Source: an uncultured bacterium
Lineage (GTDB): Bacteria; Desulfobacterota; Binatia; HRBIN30; CADEER01
Length of the DNA: 64,000 nt
NCBI GenBank assembly: GCA_965651925.1
Contig: CBFGUK010000004.1
Span: 5,047 to 69,046, forward strand
Reading direction: 5' to 3'
Made by a program: the position numbers and the translations under genes. This document shows positions 33,031 to 41,824 of the stretch, in pieces. The stretch's first letter is position 1, and every line of letters starts with the position of its first letter. The notes beneath the pieces were generated by a model. It ran no database searches. It had not been told where the DNA came from and was given only the letters and a program-made list of their open reading frames with translations.

Positions 33031-34398
33031 ATGCTCGATCCCGCGCCCCGCGCCGTGCTGGTCGGCGTGCAGCTCCCCGGCGTGACCGATGCCGACCACG
33101 CTGCGTCGCTCACCGAGCTCGCCCGCCTCGCCAGGACGCTCGGCATGGACGTCGTCGCGCAGGTCAGCCAGAAGCGACCCGCGCTCGCCCCGGCGGCGGT
33201 GCTCGGCGCGGGCAAGCTGCGTGAGCTGGCGCGCTGGACCGGCGGTACGGGCGTCGTGCCGTCCGGCGTGCCGGCGCACCGCGTCCGCGCCGCGGCGGAG
33301 CGGCGCGAGCCGGCGGAGGACGGCGAGGACGAGAGCGCCGGGGCAGACGCGCCGGCCGCGGACGAGCCCGCCGGCGGGCGCGCGAGCCTCGTGCTCGTCG
33401 ATCACGACATCAGCCCCTCGCAGGCGCGCAATCTCGAGCGCGCCACCGGCGCCGAGGTGCTCGACCGCAGCATGGTCATCCTGGCGATCTTTCAGCGGCA
33501 CGCGCGCAGCCGGGAGGCGCGCCTGCAGGTCGAGATCGCCCGGCTCGCGTATCTCGCGCCGCGGATGCGCGAAACCGGCGGGGGCGACCGCCAGGGCGGC
33601 GGTATCGGCGCCAAGGGCGCCGGCGAGTCGCACATCGAGCTCGACCGCCGCAAGGTGCGCGACCGCATCGCGCAGCTGCGCCGCGAGCTGGTGACGATCG
33701 AGCAGGATGCCACCACCCGCCGGCGGCGGCGCGGCGAGCAGCGCACGGTGGCGATCGTCGGCTACACCAACGCCGGCAAGTCGTCGCTGATGCGCGCCCT
33801 GACCCGCACCGACCTGCTGGTCGCCGACCAGCTGTTCGCGACGCTCGACACCACCGTGCGCGCACTGCAGCCCGAGACGAGGCCGCGCATTCTCGTCAGC
33901 GACACCGTCGGCTTCATCAAGAAGCTGCCGCACGATCTCGTCGCCTCGTTCCGCTCGACCCTCGATGAAGCGCGCGAGGCGGCGCTGCTGCTGCACGTCG
34001 TCGACGCCGCCGATCCGGATTTCGCCGGCCAGATCGCCGTCACGCTGCAGGTGCTCGCCGAGATCGGAGCCGGCGACGTGCCGCGGCTGCTGGTCCTGAA
34101 CAAGGCCGACCGGCTCGATGCGGCGCGGCGCGCCGAGCTCGTCGCGGCGTATCCCGATGCGATCCTCATGTCGGCGCGCGTCGCCGCCGATGTTGCCGCC
34201 CTGCGCGAGCGCCTGATCGCGTACTTCGAACGCGACATGGTCGAGGAGGAGCTGCTCGTGCCCTACGCGCAGCAGCAGCTCGTCGGCGAGATCCACGCCA
34301 CCTGCCGCGTGCTCGCCGAGCGCTACGACGAAACCGGCCGGCACCTCCGCCTGCGCACGACCCCCGCCAACCTCGCCCGCCTGCGCGCCCGCGTCTGA
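33031..34398 (+). CDS. hflX: Ribosome-splitting GTPase HflX
   Basis: GYTNAGKS, LFATLDTT, DTVGFI, NKAD. Confidence 0.95.
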   Translation: MLDPAPRAVLVGVQLPGVTDADHAASLTELARLARTLGMDVVAQVSQKRPALAPAAVLGAGKLRELARWTGGTGVVPSGVPAHRVRAAAERREPAEDGEDESAGADAPAADEPAGGRASLVLVDHDISPSQARNLERATGAEVLDRSMVILAIFQRHARSREARLQVEIARLAYLAPRMRETGGGDRQGGGIGAKGAGESHIELDRRKVRDRIAQLRRELVTIEQDATTRRRRRGEQRTVAIVGYTNAGKSSLMRALTRTDLLVADQLFATLDTTVRALQPETRPRILVSDTVGFIKKLPHDLVASFRSTLDEAREAALLLHVVDAADPDFAGQIAVTLQVLAEIGAGDVPRLLVLNKADRLDAARRAELVAAYPDAILMSARVAADVAALRERLIAYFERDMVEEELLVPYAQQQLVGEIHATCRVLAERYDETGRHLRLRTTPANLARLRARV

Positions 34399-34534
34399 CC
34401 GGGCGGCGGCGGAGGCCGCACGCGACCGCTGTTCGTGCGGAGCGCACGCGCGGCGCAAATCGCGATTGCGGCAGCGGGCATTCTCCGGCAAGCAGACGCG
34501 TGGCGGTCGCGGGCAGCGACCCCGGGGAGGTGCG

Positions 34535-36709
34535 ATGCGGGGCGGAGTGGTGATGATCGGGGTGCTGGCGGCGCTGCTCGCGTCGGCGTGCGGCGACGGC
34601 GACAGCGGCGGGACGCGCGCGGCGCGGCCGAACATCCTGTTCGTCATCATGGACGACGTCGGCATCGATCAGTTGGCGACGTTCGGCTATGGCGGCGAGA
34701 CGCCGCCGAGCACGCCGGACATCACCGCCCTTGCCGACCGCGGGCTGCGCTTCCGCAACACCTGGGCGATGCCCGCCTGCACGACCAGCCGGGGCGTGTT
34801 CTTCGACGCGCGCTTCCCGCTGCGCACCAACGTCAAGGGCGCGCTCGGACCCGACGATCTCGCCAACTCGATGGTGTCGCCGTACGAGGTGACCGTTCCC
34901 AGGCTGCTCGCCGCAGAGGGATACGAGAGCGCGCTGTTCGGCAAGTTCCACCTCGGTCTGCAGGGCAAGGATCCCGCCGGGCTCGGCATGCCGGCCAATC
35001 TGGGCTGGGACTGCTTCGCCGGCTGGCTCGACGAGACCGGCGATCCGTCGTCCATCGACACCACCGCCGGTGGCGTGGCGCCGGCGGACCGGTGGTCGTG
35101 CGGGTTCGTCGGCGGCGCCGCCGCGGGCGGCGCGGACCGCGGCGCCTGCTACTTCGCCGACGACAGCTGCATCGAGCTCGAGAACAGCATCGTGCCGCCC
35201 GGCCGGATCTGCCGCGATCGCGGCGGCATCTTCGATCCGGCGCCGCCGCCGCAGGGCAGCACGCAATACTGCCGCACGCCGCGACCGGCGTACGTCGACT
35301 TCAGCATCCTGAGCGGCCACTACGTTTCGCCGCTCGTCTACAATCGTCCGGGCAGCGCGCCGGAAAAGGTCGAGCCGACCGATCCGCGCGCCCGCCAGTT
35401 CCGCGCCAGCTTCGTGGTCGATGCGGCGATCGAGTGGATTAACGCTCGTCCCGCGAACACGCCGTGGATGGCGACGGTGAGCTTCGCCTCCGATCACACG
35501 CCGCTCATGCAGCCGCCGTACGATCCCGACGTGCCGGGCAGCGCCGCGGCCTCGGCGCTCGACTGCACCGAGCCGGTCGACCAGCGCGTGCTGTCGAACC
35601 TGATGATCGAATCCCTCGACCGCGAGCTCGGCCGCCTGCTGGTGGCAACCGGTCTGGCGCGGCGCGGCCGCGACGGTCGGCTGGTCTACCGCCCCGGTGC
35701 GACGGACACGATGATCATCATCGTCGGCGACAACGGCAGCCTCGGCACGACGGTGAAGGTGCCGTTCGACGTCTCGCGCGCCAAGGGCACCGCGTACCAG
35801 ACCGGGGTGTGGGTGCCGCTGGTCGTCGCCGGCCCGCTCGTCGCGCACCCCGGCCGCGCCGTGCCGCACATGGTCAACGTCGCCGATCTCTTCGCCCTGT
35901 TCGGCGAGATCGCCGGCATCGACGACGTCCAGGCGCGCGTGCCGCGTCCGATCGACGCCGTCCCGATGCTCCCGTACCTCACCAACCCGCGCCAGGAGGC
36001 GCTGCGCGCCTGGAACTACACCGAGGTCGGCGTGAACCTGCAGGCCGACGGCGCCATCAACGCGCCGTGCGTGATCGGTGGCGGCTGTACGCAGATCCCC
36101 GTGTCGCAGAGCGTCTGCGAGGACAACAACGGCGTCTGGTGGGGCCCCGGGCACGATGCCGCGATCACCGAGGGCGCGCCCGAGGAGGGATTCCAGTACT
36201 GCTGCGAGGTGAACGCCTTCGTCATCGCCAATCAGCGCGAGGAGGAACCGTACAACATCACGCCGTTGACCTCGGTGGGCATTCGCAATGCGCGCTACAA
36301 GATCGTCGAGAATCAGCTGCGCGCCTACGTTTCGCAGGACGAGCCCTGCGTCGACACCACCACCGTCGAGTTCTTCGAGATCAACGAGGCAGTGCCCGTG
36401 CCGAAACTCGATCGCGAGGAAGACGCGCTGCCGCTCGATGCGCTGACGCCGGAGCAGCAGCGCCAGTTCGACGCGCTCTCGGCCCAGCTCGCCGCGATCC
36501 GCGCCTCGGTGCCGGACTGTGTCGGCGACGGCAATGCCGACTTCGTCGTCGACCAGACCGACCTCGAGGAGTGGCAGCGCTACGCCGATGCCGGCGGGGG
36601 GTCGAGCTGGTACGACATCAATCTCGACGGCGTCACCGACGAGCTCGATCGGCAGATCATCGCCGCCCGACTCGGCTCCCAGTGCAGCGCCCCGCCGGTC
36701 TCGCCGTAG
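34535..36709 (+). CDS. Sulfatase-family lipoprotein with C-terminal dockerin/EF-hand-like repeats
   Basis: Lipobox LASAC; PNILFVIMDDVG; CTTSR; GKFHLG; GDNG; GDGNADFVVDQTDL and DINLDGVTDELD. Confidence 0.85.
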   Translation: MRGGVVMIGVLAALLASACGDGDSGGTRAARPNILFVIMDDVGIDQLATFGYGGETPPSTPDITALADRGLRFRNTWAMPACTTSRGVFFDARFPLRTNVKGALGPDDLANSMVSPYEVTVPRLLAAEGYESALFGKFHLGLQGKDPAGLGMPANLGWDCFAGWLDETGDPSSIDTTAGGVAPADRWSCGFVGGAAAGGADRGACYFADDSCIELENSIVPPGRICRDRGGIFDPAPPPQGSTQYCRTPRPAYVDFSILSGHYVSPLVYNRPGSAPEKVEPTDPRARQFRASFVVDAAIEWINARPANTPWMATVSFASDHTPLMQPPYDPDVPGSAAASALDCTEPVDQRVLSNLMIESLDRELGRLLVATGLARRGRDGRLVYRPGATDTMIIIVGDNGSLGTTVKVPFDVSRAKGTAYQTGVWVPLVVAGPLVAHPGRAVPHMVNVADLFALFGEIAGIDDVQARVPRPIDAVPMLPYLTNPRQEALRAWNYTEVGVNLQADGAINAPCVIGGGCTQIPVSQSVCEDNNGVWWGPGHDAAITEGAPEEGFQYCCEVNAFVIANQREEEPYNITPLTSVGIRNARYKIVENQLRAYVSQDEPCVDTTTVEFFEINEAVPVPKLDREEDALPLDALTPEQQRQFDALSAQLAAIRASVPDCVGDGNADFVVDQTDLEEWQRYADAGGGSSWYDINLDGVTDELDRQIIAARLGSQCSAPPVSP

Positions 36710-36732
36710 GCCGGCGGCGGTCCGGTGTCCGC

Positions 36733-36843
36733 TCAGAACGCCACGTACACGAACGGTTCGAGCGGCAGGCCGATGCGATACAGCATCCAGTGCAGCACGA
36801 CGGCGGCCGCGACGCCGAGCAGCAGCGCGCGCAGGGTGGTCAT
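36733..36843 (-). CDS. 36-aa DltX-like single-TM peptide with C-terminal tyrosine motif
   Basis: MTTLRALLLGVAAAVVLHWMLYRIGLPLEPFVYVAF*; ATGA overlap with the upstream stop; GGGAGAGAG ribosome-binding site. Confidence 0.8.
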   Translation of the reverse strand: MTTLRALLLGVAAAVVLHWMLYRIGLPLEPFVYVAF

Positions 36844-37982
36844 TGGTTCTCTCTCCCGAGGTGTGACGCCAGACGCCTGACCGCAGGAGCCACGGCGGCG
36901 GCGAGCTTGTCGCCGCCGCTCGGGGTCAGATGCGTCACATCGAGGTAATCCGCTGCGGTGAAATCCCGCCCGGTGATCACGCTGTGGTAGCCGGCCGCCC
37001 GCCAGCGCTGCAGCGTGCCGGCAAGCATGCGGGCGTGCCGATCGGCATCGCGCGGCGGCAATGCGGCGCGCACGGCGGGATTGACGTCGACGGTCACCAT
37101 GAGCGTGCGCTCGCGCAGCGCGGGTGGCATCACGGCGTGCGTTTCGCGTTCGAATTGCTCCCACGGCTCCGGGCGTTCGACCCAGCCGCCGCCCTGGTCG
37201 GCGAACAGGGCGCTGCTCCAGCGCTGCACCTGCCGCGGCGCCAGTCGCGCGCCGCGCGGCGGCAGCGGCGGGACCGGATCCGGATAGAACCGGCGGGCGC
37301 GGAAGATGCTGTCGGTGGTCTGCAGCGACCAGGCGCTGAACACCCAGCGATAGCCGATCGCGGTCCACAAGTCGTCGAAGAAGAACACGGCGTCGAGCGC
37401 GCCATGCAGCCGCCGCTCGTCATCGTCCGGCTCCGGTGTGGCGTCGACCGCGACGCGGGCGTCGTCAGGGAAGGCGAGCAGGCCTTTCCAGTAGGCGTCC
37501 CAGAACAGATAGCGGAACGGCCGTGCGCCGCCGGGCGGTCCGCAGGTGGCGGGGATCGCGTTGGCGACCAACAGCACGCGCGGGTAGCGGTTCCAGAGCA
37601 CGTTCAGCATCACGCTGGGGATGTCGCCCGGGAGGCTGAACGCGGTCGCGAGGTTGACGACGCAGAACGACGGACCGAGGAGCGCTTCGAGCCGTGCGGT
37701 CCAGATGCGCTCGGGTGGCTGGCCGTAGCCATTGAAGACCGAGTTGCCGCCGACGAGCACGACCGTCTGATCGCGCGCGCAGCGCGCCTCGACGGTGGCG
37801 AGCAGCTGGGACGCGGTCGGGAAGAAGTTCGTCTCCGCCGCCGTGTAGCGATGCAGGCGGACGAATCCATCGTCGGCGAGCGGATGCGCGGCGAACCAGC
37901 GTCCCGCCAGAGCGCACGCGAGCAACCCGCACACGACGCCGAGCAGGAAACGACGCGGAGCGGTCGCCGCCGTACCACTCAC
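36840..37982 (-). CDS. Membrane-anchored SGNH/DltD/AlgJ-like acyltransferase
   Basis: N-terminal TM, VLVGGNSVF (block-I Ser), DYLDVTHLTPSG (DxxH); GTGA overlap with the MBOAT stop. Confidence 0.75.
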   Translation of the reverse strand: MSGTAATAPRRFLLGVVCGLLACALAGRWFAAHPLADDGFVRLHRYTAAETNFFPTASQLLATVEARCARDQTVVLVGGNSVFNGYGQPPERIWTARLEALLGPSFCVVNLATAFSLPGDIPSVMLNVLWNRYPRVLLVANAIPATCGPPGGARPFRYLFWDAYWKGLLAFPDDARVAVDATPEPDDDERRLHGALDAVFFFDDLWTAIGYRWVFSAWSLQTTDSIFRARRFYPDPVPPLPPRGARLAPRQVQRWSSALFADQGGGWVERPEPWEQFERETHAVMPPALRERTLMVTVDVNPAVRAALPPRDADRHARMLAGTLQRWRAAGYHSVITGRDFTAADYLDVTHLTPSGGDKLAAAVAPAVRRLASHLGRENQ

Positions 37983-39187
37983 GGCGTCACCAGCAGCCGC
38001 GCGATCTCGAGCGCGCGCGGCACGGGATAGAAGAACAGCAGCCAGCCGAACCACACGAACGCGGTGGTCAGCGCCCAGCCGACGATCGGCGCTCGCGCCA
38101 GCACGGCGGCGATGCCGCGGCCGACCGGTCCGAACGCCGTCGCGTAGGTGGCACTCAGGCCGAGACCGACGCCGTGGTACACGCCCCAGAGGACGAAGTT
38201 CCACGCCGGCCCATGCCACAGTCCGCACAGGGCCATCGCGGCGAAGGCGTTGCCGACGCGGCGCGCGCCGCCATAGCGGTTCCCGCCGAGCGGGATGTAG
38301 ATGTAGTCGCGGATCCAGGTCGACAGCGAGATGTGCCAGCGTCCCCAGAATTCCTGCAGGCTGGTCGCGACATACGGCCAGTTGAAGTTCTCGGGCAGCC
38401 GGATACCGAGGACCCGCGCGAGACCGATGGCGATGTCGCTGTAGGCGCTGAAGTCGGCGAGAATGCGGAACGCCAGCGCCGCCAGGAAGAGCCAGCGCTC
38501 GGCCAGCGACGCGGTGCCGAGGTGCTGTTCCGCCTGCCCGATCCAGCCGGTCAGATTGTCGGCGATCAGCAGCTTCTTGCCGTAGCCGAGCGCGATGCGC
38601 GCGACGCCGGCGGCGAGGTCGGCGAGACGTCGTTCGTGGTCCCGGCGGGCGACGCTGCTGCGCAGCTCGGGGAGGAAGTCGCCGTAGCGCTTGATCGGCC
38701 CGGCGGCCAGTGACGGAAAGAAGATCGTGAAGAGCGCGAATTCGGCGGGGTTGCGGATCGCTCCGTGCCCGCGCCGCACTTCCATCAGGTAGTGCACGAA
38801 CTCGAAGGTGAAGAAGCTGATGGCGAGCGGTGGCGCGGCCGGCAGGATCTGCTCGAACGCCGTGCGCACCGCCTCCCCGAATCCGGGATGGATCGGCGCC
38901 AGGATGCCGTCGGAGATGAAGGCGCCGTACTTGTAGACGATCAGCGCCGCGGCGGCGAAGACGATGCCGCACGTGCACGCCGTTCGTCCGCCGAGCAGCG
39001 CGAGGCTGTACGTCGCCACGCCGATGACCACGATCGGCGCCACGCCGGCCGCGCCGGCGAAGTGGCCGTGGAAGATGATCGACGCGACGAGCAGCCACGC
39101 GAGCCGCACCCATCCCGCTGGTGCGAGCAGCAGTCCCGCGCACGCGACGACCGCGAAGACGACGAACCAGTACGTCGTGAAGATCAT
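37979..39187 (-). CDS. MBOAT-family O-acyltransferase (AlgI/DltB-like)
   Basis: PLAISFFTF, FFPSLAAGPI, DFSAYSDIAIG, PENFNWPY, FWGRWHISLSTWIRDYIYIPLGG, GLWHG. Confidence 0.95.
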   Translation of the reverse strand: MIFTTYWFVVFAVVACAGLLLAPAGWVRLAWLLVASIIFHGHFAGAAGVAPIVVIGVATYSLALLGGRTACTCGIVFAAAALIVYKYGAFISDGILAPIHPGFGEAVRTAFEQILPAAPPLAISFFTFEFVHYLMEVRRGHGAIRNPAEFALFTIFFPSLAAGPIKRYGDFLPELRSSVARRDHERRLADLAAGVARIALGYGKKLLIADNLTGWIGQAEQHLGTASLAERWLFLAALAFRILADFSAYSDIAIGLARVLGIRLPENFNWPYVATSLQEFWGRWHISLSTWIRDYIYIPLGGNRYGGARRVGNAFAAMALCGLWHGPAWNFVLWGVYHGVGLGLSATYATAFGPVGRGIAAVLARAPIVGWALTTAFVWFGWLLFFYPVPRALEIARLLVTP

Positions 39188-39378
39188 GCGCGTCTGCCGG
39201 CCCGCGCGTCGGCCCGCGCGACGACCAGCCGCGAGATGTGAGCGGGGCTCGGCGCCTGGTCTGTCCCGCTTCGGTCCCGCACGTCCCCTCGCTCGCTTCT
39301 CTACTCGCTCCGGGCGGCCGAAAAGGCAAAGTCGACCGGCGCCGTCCGCGTTGCCCGCGGACGGCACGTTGCCGACGG

Positions 39379-40581
39379 TCAGGCGAGGGCGAGCAGGGCG
39401 TCGCCGATCGCGGTCAGCGCGCGTTCGGTATCCCGCTCGGAGATGATCAGTGGCGGCGCAAGGCGGACGACGGTGTCGCGGTGCAGCGTCCAGTTGAGGA
39501 TCAGCCCGCGGCGGAGCGCCTCGGCGCAGAACGCCTGGGTGAGTGCCGGCGAGGCGAAATCGAGACCGAGCAGCAGGCCGCGTCCACGCACCCCGGTGAG
39601 CACCGGGCCGGTCAGCTCACCGAGGCGGTACCGCCAGCGGCTGCCGACCTCGGCGGCGCGCGCCGGCAGATCCTCGCGCGCCAGCACCTCGAGTGCCGCA
39701 AGCCCGGCGGCACAGGAGAGCGGGTGGCCGCCGAACGTCGTCACGTGCGCGAGCGGCGGATCGTGGGAGAGCGTCGCCATCAGTTCCGGGCGACCGACGA
39801 ATGCGCCGAGCGGCAGGCCGCCGCCGAGTGCCTTGGCGAGCACGAGCACGTCGGGCACGACGTCCCACTGCTCGCAGGCGAACCAGGTGCCGGTGCGGCC
39901 GAAGCCGGTCATCACCTCGTCGCATACGAGCAGCGCGCCGGTGGCATCGCAGCGCGCGCGCAGGGCCGGCAGAAACGCCGGTCCCGGGACCCGCACGCCC
40001 CCCTCGCCCTGGATCGGTTCGACGACCACCGCAGCGACGCGGTGATCGATGCGATCGAGCGCCTCGAGATCGTCGAACGGCAGGAACTCGACGTCGCCGA
40101 GCAGCGGCTCGAACGGCGGCCGGTAAACCGGACTGTCGCACAGCGACAGCGCGCCCATCGTGTCGCCGTGATAGGCGCCGCGGAAGGTGACGAAACGCGA
40201 TCGACCGGTCGCCTTGCGAGCCAGCTTGAGCGCGCCTTCGATCGCCTCGGTGCCGCTGTTGCAGAAGTAGGTGACCGACAGCGCTCCCGGTGCCCGCGCC
40301 GCGAGCGCCGCGGCGAGGTGGACCTGCGGCGCCTCGACCGCCTCGCCGTACACCATTACGTGCAGGTAGCGCTCGGCCTGCGCGCGCACCGCGGCGATGA
40401 CCTCGGGATGACCGTGTCCGACGTTCGCGACGCCGATGCCGGAGAGCAGATCGAGGTACTCGCGACCCTCGACATCCCACACCGACGTTCCAGCGGCGCG
40501 CTCGACGACGATGCCGAGCGGCGCCGGCGACGTCTGGCAGACATGGCGCAGGAACAGCCCGCGCAGCGCGTCAGCCGTCAT
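39379..40581 (-). CDS. Class-III PLP aminotransferase (ArgD/ornithine aminotransferase-like)
   Basis: NSGTEAIE, YHGDT, EPIQGEGG, DEVMTGFGRTG, LAKALGGG, TTFGGHP. Confidence 0.92.
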   Translation of the reverse strand: MTADALRGLFLRHVCQTSPAPLGIVVERAAGTSVWDVEGREYLDLLSGIGVANVGHGHPEVIAAVRAQAERYLHVMVYGEAVEAPQVHLAAALAARAPGALSVTYFCNSGTEAIEGALKLARKATGRSRFVTFRGAYHGDTMGALSLCDSPVYRPPFEPLLGDVEFLPFDDLEALDRIDHRVAAVVVEPIQGEGGVRVPGPAFLPALRARCDATGALLVCDEVMTGFGRTGTWFACEQWDVVPDVLVLAKALGGGLPLGAFVGRPELMATLSHDPPLAHVTTFGGHPLSCAAGLAALEVLAREDLPARAAEVGSRWRYRLGELTGPVLTGVRGRGLLLGLDFASPALTQAFCAEALRRGLILNWTLHRDTVVRLAPPLIISERDTERALTAIGDALLALA

Positions 40582-41824
40582 CGGTCACCCAATCCGTGAG
40601 GCGCGGCCGTCCGCCCTGCCGCCACGCGAGCGGCGGCTGCTGCATCGCGCCGAGCGGGCTGACCAGCGCCACGCCGCACGCCGCGAGCCGCTGCGCGATC
40701 GTCTCCCAGCGTTCCGGTTCGGCGCCGAGCCCGGTGCCTTCCAGTACACTGCACACCGGGGCGAGCAGCGCCGGGAGCGCATCGAGATCGGCGATCGGCA
40801 TGACGCGCAGCGTGCGCCCGAGCGGCGACGGGACGAAACGGGCGCGGGGTTCGACGATCACCGTGCCTGCCGCCTCATCGGCCGCGGCCAGCAGGGAAAT
40901 GCGTTCGCCGTCGAACGTCGCCCACTCGGCCGAATCGCGCAGGCGGCGGATGGCGAGGCGCTGTCCCAGCGACATCGACGCGGGCGGCAATGACTCGGCG
41001 AGCCGTGCGAGCTCGGCGGCGAGCTCGGTGGCGAAGGCCTCCGCCTGCGCGCGGGTCCCCTCGACGAAGCAGAGCTGTGGTGACAGGCAGCCGCGCTGAT
41101 CCCACAGGGCGGTATCGAATGCCAGCGCGGCGGCACTGGTCCGCTCGCGGGCGGCGGCGGCAGTGACGAGCGCGAAGCTGATCCGGTGTCCGTGGCCGAT
41201 GAATCGGCCGCGGGTACGGGCGGCGAGGGCGGCGATCGTCTCATCGTCGCCGGCGGCGACGACGAGATCGGCGGTGTCGAGCGCGAGCGCGCCGGCGGTG
41301 TGGTCGTCGCCTGGCCAGTAGTGCACCGCGAGCGCGTCGGCGAGGCTGCGATCATGTGCGGCGAGGCTGGCGTGAAACAGAGCGGGGAAGACGCGATCGC
41401 CGCGACCGGGCTTGATGAGGGCGGCGGAACCGATGGCGAGCGACAGCGCCGCGGGAATCGCGGCGAGGCCAGGCAGGTTCCCGGGCAGGATGTGGAGAAT
41501 GAGCGGCGGGCCGTGCCGGGTGCCGGCCTCGCGCGCCACCAGCGCGGCGAGCGCCGGCGCGCGCAGCGGCGTGAGCATGGTGGGCAGGGCGGTGCGCAGC
41601 ATCGGGAGCGAGAAGCCGGTCGCGGTGGGCAGCTCGGCGAGCGCGCGGTCCATCCACGGCGAGTCGGGCGCGAGCCAGGCCTCGACGATGGCGTCGAGCG
41701 CCGCGAGGACGTCGTCGCGCCGGCGAGCACGCAGCGCGCGGCGCGCTTCACGCAGAGCGACCAGGCCCGCGCGCAGGTCGGCGGCATCGGGACGCGTCGC
41801 GGCAGCGGGATCGAGATCGCTCAT
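40571..41824 (-). CDS. LuxC-like acyl-protein/acyl-CoA reductase
   Basis: Tail of ORF 40571..43492: HILPGNLPG, FIGHGHRISF, WDQRGCLSPQ (catalytic Cys), GAMQQPP. Confidence 0.85.
   Translation of the reverse strand: MSDLDPAAATRPDAADLRAGLVALREARRALRARRRDDVLAALDAIVEAWLAPDSPWMDRALAELPTATGFSLPMLRTALPTMLTPLRAPALAALVAREAGTRHGPPLILHILPGNLPGLAAIPAALSLAIGSAALIKPGRGDRVFPALFHASLAAHDRSLADALAVHYWPGDDHTAGALALDTADLVVAAGDDETIAALAARTRGRFIGHGHRISFALVTAAAARERTSAAALAFDTALWDQRGCLSPQLCFVEGTRAQAEAFATELAAELARLAESLPPASMSLGQRLAIRRLRDSAEWATFDGERISLLAAADEAAGTVIVEPRARFVPSPLGRTLRVMPIADLDALPALLAPVCSVLEGTGLGAEPERWETIAQRLAACGVALVSPLGAMQQPPLAWRQGGRPRLTDWVTDDG

Noticed and set aside
33240-33390. Acidic insertion in HflX as an intein or frameshift
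   Set aside because: It is in frame, short and low-complexity, with no intein terminal residues.
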